A stretch of 63,671 nt of DNA, filler included, from Polymyxa betae A26-41 (Eukaryota; Protista; Endomyxa: Phytomyxea): the NCBI GenBank assembly GCA_003693705.1. It is 6 parts of 6 records of this genome, joined end to end, with 100 filler letters (N's around TTAATTAATTAA, not from the genome) between each part and the next. Parts side by side here need not be neighbours in the genome. Positions count along the whole stretch, not along the records: positions 22,365 to 42,236 come from RBZT01000823.1; 5 more parts are not named here. One strand, given 5' to 3'. The notes below the pieces were generated by a model. It was not told the origin of the DNA and searched no databases. It saw only the letters and a program-made list of their open reading frames with translations. The position numbers were made by a program, and so were the translations under genes. This document shows positions 23,375 to 35,189 of the stretch, piece by piece; position 1 is the stretch's first letter, and each line of letters begins with the position of its first letter.

Positions 23375-26005
23375 TTGGTCTTCTCGCTGAATGGGAAATA
23401 AACCCTATTCTCCATTGTCCTTACTGTTAAATTGTTGCCCATAATTCATCGGCCTTTTATGTGCTTGCTGTTGCTTCGTTAAAACATTTTGCATTTAAGC
23501 ATTGAGTGAACACCCTTCAGCAAAATGCTTTTGCGGATCTCGTTTATGCAGGTTTTTTCCGTCTCCCTAAAAGTTCCTTATTTGATATATTATACATTTT
23601 ATACAGAATTGGACTGAATTCTAGCTGTTTGTTGACATGTTTCCGCAGCACAAGACATGGGGGTTCTCTCTTTAATGATCATCAGGAGCTCCTACGTTCT
23701 TTCAAAGCTGACTGTATTTTACATATTTATGAAAGTTAGCTCTTATTGAGCGCTTTCGGTAGGACTTGAATGCTTCTCGAAAAATGTATAATAGACTCCC
23801 CGACCAATGCAACAGGGACCCGGTTTCCAATAGATTTCAGATTTCCCTGCTGGTTACCCAGCTTATTATTCTCCCTCGTTATGTGTATAGTCAGGGCATC
23901 TGTGTAAAGGAAGGCGGTATCAGACCATAAAAGGATCATCTGGATACGCACAGATTTCAATTTTTCTCAGACAAATATCGATGGCAAACTCACATTGCAA
24001 CACGATGTCGATTAGAGCTGAGAGATCCTACCAAACTTGCTTAAAACGGTTTATACATACAAACGATCCTGGGGCTGAAAACGATTTGATTTTTCCATTA
24101 TCCAGCCCTTGTTCGAGTTGCAATTTGATATTGCATAATTGATGATTCGGTAGTATGAAGCAAATGGCAACCGAGATACATCGAAGATCAAGATCTTTGC
24201 CACGGAAATGTAGAACAAATGGAAGAGAAAATCTGCTGCCTGCGGTTTGAAAAGAAGGTAATGAGATGAATTTCAGGATTGTTGAACACAGATGGTGGTG
24301 GATGACGATAGATGTAATCAATGGGCTGTAGATATTGTAATGGAAACCAAACAGTTCGTCTGACGCTGCGATGACGATTCGATCATATCCAGAGAAGGGA
24401 GAAGAGAGAATGAAGGTTGGATAAGCTCGACGCTATCAAATTTACGCGCAACAGCGAAAGAGCTTTAACTCTGAGCCAGCTTATGATGGTTATCGGCGGT
24501 TTTTTCCAAAGAGTTTAGATGGCGCTCAAAGTCTGACAAAGTAGGAATCATGAAGGAGGTAACGGCTGCGATGAACGTCGATTCAGCAACTATCAAAGAC
24601 CTTTCCGCTGTCAACAGCGTTGACGTCACCAGTTCGTTTCACAGCGGTTTGAACGATCAACTGAAATCTCATAGCATGAAATTGCATCCAATTCAAAATT
24701 CAAAATAAGTATTATAATAAGGTCTAAAAAATCCACTTCGAAAACATGAGTTCGTTGACCTCTCGTCTGCAGCTATCTCCACATCAACATTATTTCTACA
24801 AAGTGCGGATACTTTCAATGCCTTTTTGGGTTCGATGTTTCCAATGCAGTAGAGCTGCCTGAGCAGCGGTTAGATCGCCGATGCCTGTACATGGCTTCTG
24901 AACACAAATTCTCGAAGATTTCTGGGCTTTTCGGACTGGGTCGTAATGTGCCGGAGACGTTCGTACACAATGGTACACGGATTATAACGGTCTCAGCTCA
25001 TTCAAATGATTGTGTCCAAGGTCTGTTCCTCTTGGAGGACGTTCCGAGATGAGATTTTATTGCAAGACCTGAGGTACTGCTCCTATCATTGTGATTACCA
25101 GCTTTACACGAACAACCATCTTCTGAGCCGATTCGGTCTGTACGAAAAGCAGCAATTGGTTTGCTTAATGTTTACCATGATGTCTTTTTTATATTAGCTG
25201 TGAGAGCAGAATTGCTGTAGCCGAGCTGCATAGTAAAATCATTGCAAACTAAGAATTAACCCGTTTTTTGAAGAAATTTCAACAAAATGACAGATGATCG
25301 GAAATTGCCATAGCAGATTTCTGCCAGCTTGGTTGACTTGCACGAACAAGAGACAGACGAATTGTCAGCGATGGACAGAAACTTCACATTCTGGCACTGT
25401 ACGACCACCAGCGCTACTCATCCCATGTAGTTCGGGTGAATCGTCATCAATTCCAAATAGCTGTATTGTTCCATTGATAATCGGATTCACGTTCGTTCTG
25501 CTGCTTGAGAAGTTGCCTCGAATGATTCTGTTCATCGGCGTTCGTCGCATGTTTCACACACCATTGTTGCATTTCGAATTCATTTTTCCGTTGACGAGAT
25601 CACGGCAGCAATGCAGACGAACACGCTAATCGCCTGACAATGAGTAGCTCGCTATCAAACAGTATTCGGAGCGGCAACGATGGAGACGATCATTTGACCG
25701 GAATAGAAATACGATCCGCTCATGATCGACGGCATCGAATAATGCAACAGCTCGAGAATCTAGGCAAATTGACGGCTGAAATAAAACCAATTCGAAATTC
25801 CGCGTCCTCTGAATGCTTATTTCCTACTCATAAACATTCTCAATGATTGTAATCACTATTTTGGTGGACTTAGAAAATCACACAAGAATATGCAGCACCA
25901 TTATCTGAGAATGAATTATGTAGATCTATTAGTACAAAATTGATAAAAATTTTGAGAAAATGATAATTGTAATGTATTAGTAAGGAGATCTGGGAACAAA
26001 CATGA

Positions 26006-26848
26006 TTAACATCCTCGCAACCGAAGGACCAGCTGGAGAGTAGCCTCCTTCTGAATGGAATAGGAGGCAATAGTACGGCCCCATTCTAGTTGCCTTCCAG
26101 CAAATATAAGGCGCTGCAGTTCGACAGGAATACCTTCAACATCTTCCACGGATTGGAGGAGTTCCGTAACAAGAGCATTCGGCGGAACATCGATTACTCG
26201 AGTTTTGCCGGTCAACGTCTTAACAAACAGTTTCATCAAACCTGAAGACTTCAATTGGAGATGAGAGTCCAGTCTGGGCCACCAGATCGGAAGGGTTTTG
26301 GAACCTTCCGTAAGATTCGGATACATGGCCCGATATCGGGCGGACTTCTCCGATTCATTCAGATACGGGTTATATTCTAACTCGATCTTGTCCGAATTCG
26401 ACACTGAACAAATCAGCTGTCGATATCCTTTCGTATCGAGGATATGTGAGCGCCATATTAACTCGATTAAAGGTAAGGGATGAAATCGAGGCTGGAATTC
26501 TGGGACATCGTTCAAGATAATCTCAAGAAATCGCTCATACTCGCGTAGCCCTTCCAGCCAGAAATAAGCTGGGTTCCGATTTTTGGACTTCGACGGATAT
26601 GAGAATTGCAAATGATCAATAAGAGCTGCAACCTCGTTATCGGGGATATACTGGACCAGGTGCTGGTCATGTCTTGGACAGCTGCACCGAGACCAGACCA
26701 TCGTATTGGAGGTTTCAGGATCGTGTTGACAGGCGGATCTGTTCACCGCATACCACTGTATCAGGGTGATTTTTTCATCCGAAATCGGATGAAATTCAGC
26801 CGAGTCCGCATTCGGGATCGGAATCGGACGATGCGATTCTGTTATCAT
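26006..26848 (-). CDS. DUF1399/GRDP-like domain fused to a C-terminal ubiquitin-like domain
   Basis: [12 protein letters not shown]...[18 protein letters not shown]...[11 protein letters not shown]-stop. N-terminal LREYERFL...[15 protein letters not shown]. Confidence 0.85.
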   Translation of the reverse strand: MITESHRPIPIPNADSAEFHPISDEKITLIQWYAVNRSACQHDPETSNTMVWSRCSCPRHDQHLVQYIPDNEVAALIDHLQFSYPSKSKNRNPAYFWLEGLREYERFLEIILNDVPEFQPRFHPLPLIELIWRSHILDTKGYRQLICSVSNSDKIELEYNPYLNESEKSARYRAMYPNLTEGSKTLPIWWPRLDSHLQLKSSGLMKLFVKTLTGKTRVIDVPPNALVTELLQSVEDVEGIPVELQRLIFAGRQLEWGRTIASYSIQKEATLQLVLRLRGC

Positions 26849-29316
26849 TCCTTTTCACAGCAATTCAGTAAGGCGATTATCATAGAATGTAACGTTTACG
26901 TTTGGGATCTCTAGCAGCAGATCGGGTTGTTCTTCCTGTCGACATTGTAGATTTAAATAGTCGTGATTCAAGAGATTACAAAATCCAGAGAAACCGAAGA
27001 CCCAGATTCAATGACCCGAAAAAAAATAGCGCGACTTGCGCACTTTTTCGATCCATGTCATTCTGTGGCAAAAATTCCGTTCAAGTTTCTCTCTTTGAGT
27101 CTTTTTCGGTGACAGGAATCATATAGGACAAACCCGAAAAAGTGTCAATGATGACCAGTAAATAATTAGTCTGGGAATTCTCAACTTGAGAGCTTTCTCC
27201 AGTTGTAACATGAAGTCCAGGATTTTGGGTAATTTCCACCCACTCATTTTCTTTACACATTTTTGTCCAGTATTTTTATTAGATACATATTCATTCTGCT
27301 TTTTTTTAAAGATGTATGGCATTGTTATGGAGAAGATATCCAGATAGGATTGCTGCCAGGATTGATTCAGAGTAGTGCGATCGAGGACGTTCTGCAACGA
27401 TGATGATGCGATTGCATGACGAGCGCATTATGAGATTGGAGATCGGAAGTTGCGATCTTGTTCCGATTATTGATGGTGGAATCGGAAATACACGATCAGA
27501 AAATATTCGAAACGGGTTCAGCCATGATCAGGAATGATTGTTTGAAAGAGAGATTTCTTATAGCGTTGGTGACAGATAAGAAGCGATTCTGCTGATCTCG
27601 GCTCCATTTCATTATAACAATGATGGAGATTGAACGAAATTCGATGATGGCAGACAGGAAAGCGAATGCGGATTGTCCAGATGAAGAGGACCTTCAGATG
27701 AAGATGCGGCGGATCTGGTGCGGACAGAGCACGTGACCGTATCTCGAGTACTTATTGATCCATGAAACAAAAATTCACTTTGATTTAACCAATGCTGAGC
27801 TGTGAGATGCCAAGATAGCGAACATACTCGGCTCTCCAAGTCCGGAGCAGCAGCACGAAAAGATCCCGGGGTCGTACCGGCTCTCAAAGATCTGGGTTTT
27901 GTATCATGTCATGATATGGGCTTCTGGCGATCACGCAACGTACTTCGTCGTACTGTTCATCTCCATTAGCTGTTATCTGCTCCCTTCCGTGATTGAGGAT
28001 TGAATCAGACGTGTGCGACAAGGGTTTCGTATCTATATAGACCGTCAATGATCTCCGGAAAGCAACATCTCTCATCATTAACGTTCGGCCTTCGGAGCGT
28101 TATAACGAGGCCAATCTATTGCAGAGACAGCTCCATATTCCATCATAAACTGCAATTTCTTCTTCGGCAAATCCGATTTGCGGCGTTTTATGACAATCTC
28201 ATTATCTCGTGCAAATTCTGATCATGGTCCAGGCAAAGACGAATCACGTTCCTGTTTGATTATATTCCGAATCTTTCAACGAATTTGGAAACGGAATTGA
28301 CAAAGTCAGGGCACCTTTCCACTTTTTACGCTTTTGCAGTACAGAGATCCGACATGAAGGGCGACCATCTCGTCCGGAAGCTGCATGATTATGAGTATCT
28401 GTTCCAATAATAGAGCCCTCCCTCCTGGCAATAGTTTTAACCCAAAGGTAGCAGACCGTTTTCAGGAAAGGCGAAACGATGCCCTGCAATGAGCTGCTTT
28501 CGGAGACAGGATTTACAGCATTCAAAGGAGTACAATGAACAGTATCAAGAAGCTATTTCAAACTTTCAGTAGGCAATGATTAAACAATCTGCTGCATTCG
28601 GTTACCAGAATGGCGATGGTTTCTGATAGCTAAATCGGAGTTATCTGTAGGTTTAAAATCCTGATCCGGATATGCAAGAAATAAGGAATCAGGTCTGTAA
28701 ATTATTGCAGAATTATTATCGTGATCTTAGAGATCTTGCGATAGAGGTATAACTACAGAATAATCTGCTTAATGACGAGGTCATATCCTTGTATGAGCGT
28801 CACCTGATGGTGAGGATGCAGCCTCGCCACGATAGAGATAAGATCCGGTTACTGCCTGCATACAGATGTTCCCTATCAATGGTCTTAACATTAGACGCAA
28901 TTCTACAACCAGATAGTCGTCCAGCAATCATTAAGCGCTTTCCATAAACCCTTGGCCAGATAATCCCATTTTTTATGATCCCGATGGAGCTGTTCACGTC
29001 GAAAACCTGATCGTTTCGTCCCTACGAGAATACAGGTCTGACAATAGAAGGATTTAATGCTGTGAATGTGACCAAAGGTGATGATATCTGAGCCAGTTTA
29101 TTAATCAGATAGTGACCACATTGTATTCGAATCGCTTTCTGCGATTCATTGCAGTCAAACAGAGGTTGCCATTATATATGAATTATTTCCAACCTTCATA
29201 TACTTAATCAGTGAGATAAAGAGCATTTAGATATAATGATTAGATGGGTCGTGTGTCCAAAAGATATTGAAATATCCCCTTATACGGGGGGGTCGTCAGA
29301 CGTTATCTTTCGTGTA

Positions 29317-31475
29317 ATGTTCGCTGTTCTAATAGCAGCCAGTTTAGTGGCTCATATAGCTCGAGGTAGCAGCGTCATAGATCTATTCAAAGATCCATAC
29401 AGAACCCTAAGTCAGAGCACTGTCACAAACCCTACATTCAATAGTCAGACTGTTATCAGCTCTATAGCCATCTCATATCAAGGATTCGCGCAGGTCTCAT
29501 CACAATCATCGCCAACTCCGCACGTTCTCTTCGCAATCCGCCCCTCCCAAAGCGTCCAGTACGACCTCCCGAAAGTCTATGTTACAGGTCAGCGATATCT
29601 GGCTGCGAATATTTCCACGACAAATGGCACGGAGACGTTTATTGGTCCGAGCATCAATCTGGATATTTGGTTCGCATTCGGAGTATCGATTACTAATGGC
29701 GCCTCCTCGTCACGTTCTGTTCTATTGTATTATACGAACCTGACATCAGCATTAGCTACAACAGCGATGTTCTCTATGAAAGGGAATCTGCTGCCATCCA
29801 GTACAGCTGTTGCTATTGCACCAACTCTCACCACGGTCTTCTATCGAGTTTCATGAAAGCTCCTATCTGAATGTTGATCTCAGGATCCTGTGCCCGTCTA
29901 TCTATTGTACTTACGAGTATTTGATTGGGCTCTAACAGCTAAACAATTCGGTTTTTATAGCTGGTGGAGTCCACCTCCCAATCTTTCATGGCAGATTGGA
30001 TCCGAACTTCGCGTTTTTGGCTGCGAACAGAATTTCGCGGCCGCGAACGTCTCCTGTGCTGGAAACGCTCCCATAATTGATGTGAAAGCGGCTCATTGGG
30101 GACGCCCGATCGGTCTCTGGCCCAGTCTACAGAAAAATCCGGCCTGTGCTATCCCGTCAAATTTAACGTTGGATGTGGTTAAGAAGAAGTGCCTGAATAG
30201 GCGTTGGTGTATCATACCCCAAAGTAATGGAGCGTTTACTGGGGCAGATCCATGTTCATATCAAGTTAAATGGGTTGCTATTACATTCACATGTGCAACA
30301 TCAGCGGTTCGGGCCAGTATGACATCGCCATCTTCGTCAATGTAATCTATCATGTGTATATCTATTGATTTCCCTTTGAATGTTTTCAATTTTTTTGCAT
30401 TTGTTTTAGTTTCTTTCAAAGTTTTGAATCTTTTTGCAATTCTTTGGTTTCCTTTCAAAGTTTTGATTCCTTGTGCATTATTTTAGAATCCTCTCAAAGT
30501 TTGAATCTGTTTGCAATTTTTCGTGATTCTGCCTGCTTTTGTCATTGGTCAAGCTTTTCGCTTGATGGCCTTGAAGGCTTGTTTCGGCCAAATTTCCTGT
30601 TTGACCGAAGTCGGAACGCTTTGATTTCGGATATCACCAGGAAGGTTTCGATTCCGTGTGTCGTGATGCCTTTTGTCCTGCCATGCTCTAACGAAAACAT
30701 TGCCTTTAGGCCAGTATTCCCTTCGAAGTCCGCATCGAACACGAATGCCTGGCAGATATCACTGAATATCCATATGTTTGCTCTATATCTATCAGAATCA
30801 ACTATTACGTCATTGAAGTCGTACTTCATGCAAGATATGAGTGCGGCCCTATCGGCGCCTCTCACAAGATTCGCTCTCCCAGAGTTTCATAATCTTACCA
30901 CAACATCTACATTATTATCATTCGTGGTTCTACCGAACGCCTCCGACCCTGAAGGCACCAATCTTGTCGCTAAGTTCGCCGAACAGATTCAGATTCCAGG
31001 CAGTGTATTAAGATTAGGAAGTTTATTACTATTAGCAGATGATCCTCCTGTAAGCCTCACAATCATACCAGTCCGGGTCGTGCTCTGCGACTCCGGCTCA
31101 TATGTAATCAGCCCTAATCCATGTACGACCAGAAGCGCGTCGCCAATGTCCGAGGCCGGTACGCCCGCCTTTAGCAGGAACTGGTTATTGGGAGCTGCTG
31201 GTGCTGGTCTGATCGTCTTGATTGGTTTCGTGCATTATTGCTGTGCACGAAAAAGGCTGAAACATGTGGCATCTGTGACATCGGTAATGACGATGGCGAC
31301 GAGATCGGATGGTGTCGCAGTCGGCCTCAACAGTACACTACCGGAGGCAATCAACATCGATGATATTCTTGATGCGCGACGGTTGCGGCAGAAATCTTTC
31401 AGGGAGAGGCTGAATCAATCCAGGTTACCTGTTGATACGTATTCAAGTGAATCTGATATGCGGTCGCGCTTCTAA
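29317..31475 (+). CDS. Type-I membrane protein with beta-rich (LamG-like) and SUEL/galactose-binding lectin domains, multi-exon
   Basis: Signal peptide MFAVLIAASLVAHIARG. SUEL pattern CEQ..IIDVKAAHWGR..VKKKCLNRRWC..F.GADPC...KWVAITFTC. TM segment WLLGAAGAGLIVLIGFVHYCC followed by a basic tail. Confidence 0.72.
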
Positions 31476-31807
31476 GCTCAACCAAATTCATTCTAGCATG
31501 TTGGATGACTTCACGTTTGCTTCAATCGTCAATGGCACAGCAATCATGAGAACTCATCTACCATTAAATTGATAAACTTTTGATCATGTGTAATGATTCA
31601 AATTGGGGTGATTAGTGAAAGTTAGGTCATAACGTCCAACGTCACGAAAGTTGCAAATCAATCAAGATCTGCATTACGTTTGTGGTGCTGATTGAAATGA
31701 ATAGGAAATCAAATATGAAAGGTTCTGCCATGATTGTCGTGTACAGTCAAGTTCGAACAGAAATTGAGAACTATTTATGCTATGGAATATTATATACATA
31801 GTCGTTA

Positions 31808-33324
31808 TCATATACGATTTAGGTCAGGTCGATAGGCAAAGTCGTATTCAGTCTCATAATCACTCCATTTCAGGTTGACGTTCTTGCGCTCCTTCGGCAG
31901 CATCAATGGCAGGTCGATCAGCGACGAGCACTTCATGAGACGTGATTCGAGAAGTTGAAGCATGGGCCGAGGATGCTCAGCATAATCCATGGGTACTGAC
32001 CCACCAATGAAGAGTAACTCGGAAGCCAATGGCCATGGGCATTCGTGGCCTCGGAAATTGAATCCTTGCCTAAATCATAAACTCATCAGAAGATGAAAAA
32101 CTGCTTTAACATATAAGCGATGTCTCATTTAGTTAGAAACAAAAATACCAAAAAACAGAGAAGCTAAACAGAAATGATTTGCTGAAGAAGTTCCTGCCGA
32201 AACGAAATGACAATCCTTAGTATCTAGCAGCGTTCTGTGAAAATTAATCAACCTCTCTAGAGAACCAGAAAATAAAGGTTGAAGATTCTGAAATACGAAA
32301 GATACGATGGAACCAAAAAATCGGTATTACCCTTTCAGACGATCGGTGAGTTCGCGGTCTCCAAGATCGCAGACGTAGTTATCGTGAAGAAATCTTGCAT
32401 AATAGCGACTCAGTTCGCGCAAGATCTCCACAAATAGACAAAGCGAATTATTGAAAGTGGTTCGGCGATCGCGTTCGGCGTTCTCGGCATAAGCGTTGAT
32501 GTAAATACCGGTCATAGTTGACCAGCAATACAGACCGAAGACAGGTAGATGTACATACTCGATCTTCGGGCATCGGAAACTGATATGTTCGGGATTCCGA
32601 AACAAGTTTCGGAAGAAAACCTGGACGACCGGCTTTGTAATATATCGATAAGCTCCTTCTGCTATGCCAGGATCTGGTCTCTCAGCAGGTTCTGCTAAGC
32701 GAAACCGCCACAATCCACAAAAAACATCACGAACGATGTTAAAGTATCGCGATTTCGCTGCCAGAACCAATAGTGGAATCAGGATAAGGTAGAAGTTCTT
32801 GCTCGTTTCAGAAGAGTGGAAAAGAGTATTCAGAGACTAGAAAATGGTTGGTGTTTTGACAAATAGTGCCTTTAGACAAAATACTAAGCTAACCAAGAAA
32901 CGAAATTGAGAAAAGCAAATGCAGAAGTTTCAACAGCACAAACATAAACTGGAATGAAGAGGCAAATCATAAAAAACAGATTAGAATTCATGCTATAAAT
33001 ACAGATGGCATTGCCGATTCGATTAATATAAAACAGTGCAAAACCGTTCGAAAATTACAAAGAGAATGTAAAAGCAAATCAGAAAAAAAAAACTGTTTTT
33101 GAGATTACCTGAGACCCAGGAAAATCGGTAAGATCACGCCCATTAGCTTTAAGTCGACCTAGATATGTCTCCAATACGGGACGCCAGATAGCTTCACTTT
33201 CCTTATCGGTCCGAGCTCGGGCCAGCGCCGATAAAGGCACCTGCTCCACTATCCGATCGTAAGCGCAGGCCGGTGGCAGGGCCGACGCTGTCTTCCTGCA
33301 GCAGACATCAAAGTGTCCTGGCAT
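31808..33324 (-). CDS. Multi-exon hypothetical protein with a degenerate zincin-like motif
   Basis: Three coding-like ORFs (33079-33324, 32327-32770, 31808-32029) separated by AT-rich intron-like stretches; IYINA...LFVEILRELSRY. Confidence 0.45.
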
Positions 33325-33911
33325 GATGAATCCAAGTTTGGACCAGGCTGCCCTCGGCAGTGGTCAGAAACAACGCGCCGCCAAACATTCACCTCAATTG
33401 TTTGCCAGATAAGTAGTTTCCAGATATGACTTTAGAATCAGCATTGCGATTGGAAACCTGCCCGATACTAGTTGAAAGAGACACAGTTATGATGATGACG
33501 ACAATATGGATGAATGAGGATAGGGTCTGTTCTGTTACAGTGAAGGATGAGAGGGAGGCCACGCCATCATTATATCCCTATTGCGGTTTGATAACAGAAT
33601 AGGAACGTAACATTACCTGCAGAATTAATCTATTGATCATTCGGACAAGCTCTGTAGGGTCGTAAATACGAGATCTTGTCCGGGGATCATTTTATAGCCT
33701 TTTGATTCTATTGAATATGCGTTCCTCTAGTGGTATCATTCTCATAAAAGAAGTTTGGAATCATGCAAGTTTTACAATCATATTTTGTGCCGACATCAGA
33801 TTCTCGAAGTCAATTGTTGCTTCATTGCGGCGAGTAGAATGTTTTACGAGCCTGACTAGAATCAAAATTGTTGTTTTTTTGTTTTGAATCCATAATAAAG
33901 GTTTAGTAACT

Positions 33912-34544
33912 TTAGTTATATAATCTACGTTTGAATAACATGACGAGATAGGCTTCGATAATGACAGCAGCTGTACCAATAGACCAGATAAGACCTTTCA
34001 TTTGCAATGGCATCTCCAAGGCGAGCTTATCACAATATACGGTGACGAACGTGACAAATAGCGCGAACATGGCAGCTTGCAAACGTCCTGTAGGTAATCC
34101 ATCTTCTAATCGGTTCAAGAATATTGCCACGCAAAGTGTAAGGCTTGATAGACACAAATAAATTATCGTTGAGAATACAAGCGACTCAGGATCGCGAATT
34201 GCATCGACAATGGAATTTCCCATTAATGAGATCAGGCAGACCCAAATAGTGGCCGGAATTTTAAAAAATGTACGAGCAGTAATAGCCTCTTCCATTGAGG
34301 TCATAATTCGATTGTGGAATTGCAAACGATGATGCGATGTCTCGTAGTGGTCGGGAGGAGCCAACACGAGTGGATAATTGTTTGAAATGGAGGGCAGAGG
34401 GTCTTGGAGAGGGTCTTGGCTGTTGACGTTAATCATATGGAGGGATAGTAGAATAGATAGGGTAACAACCAAGAGAGGCATGATAAGAAAGAATTTGGAT
34501 CCAGGAAACAGGTGTTTGCCAGATTTCAATTTGAACCGGTGCAA
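33912..34544 (-). CDS. Hypothetical multi-pass membrane protein
   Basis: 210-aa ORF with an N-terminal hydrophobic segment and about 4 further TM-like helices. Confidence 0.55.
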   Translation of the reverse strand: MHRFKLKSGKHLFPGSKFFLIMPLLVVTLSILLSLHMINVNSQDPLQDPLPSISNNYPLVLAPPDHYETSHHRLQFHNRIMTSMEEAITARTFFKIPATIWVCLISLMGNSIVDAIRDPESLVFSTIIYLCLSSLTLCVAIFLNRLEDGLPTGRLQAAMFALFVTFVTVYCDKLALEMPLQMKGLIWSIGTAAVIIEAYLVMLFKRRLYN

Positions 34545-35189
34545 AACCCGCAGATAATCGTTAAGTTTAATTTACTAACTACGTAATCATAAAAATTAAC
34601 GATAAATATAACTGCGCCCGGTAACCTTGCACTTATTTGAATAAGGTTTCTTAAAGGCGCCCCGTGGTCCCTAGACCCCCCGAACCTCTGGATCTTCATT
34701 GAATGCGCCACGGACACCGAGCTCTAAGCCTAACTCAATTTCGTTTGCTTCTGTTGCAACTTCCTCCTAGAATCTCATTCAGACAGTCAGCGCCTGACGA
34801 TGATGAGTGAAGCGATGAGGAGATGGTCATTCAACTACTCATGAAAGACTCGTCTAGTCAAGAGGATGCGAATTTTGCTCTAACGCGCCGTCGGTTTAAC
34901 AAGAATCGTCGTCGGGTTTTTTATGATAAACTTCTTCATGAAGATCATTGGGGTATCAACCCGGTTTAAAGACGCGCAGGACTTTACATGGGCACTGCAA
35001 ATCTGTCACCAATACGGTCGTAGTAACTAGTAAGCATTGCTATCTGAATCGGTGCCTACAGCAGCGTGTAGAGTAACCTCTTTGTATGCAATCGTGATCT
35101 TGAGGTATTACGTAGGCTGGAAGTTTTTGGTTCCAGAAACCTTACCTTTTGGCTTGGCATTGGATTTGACTTCAGCATCAACTACCATG

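Noticed and set aside
23500-29100. Short ORFs flanking the ubiquitin fusion gene
   Set aside because: Possibly decayed or multi-exon genes, but no motif or consistent splice model could be supported.
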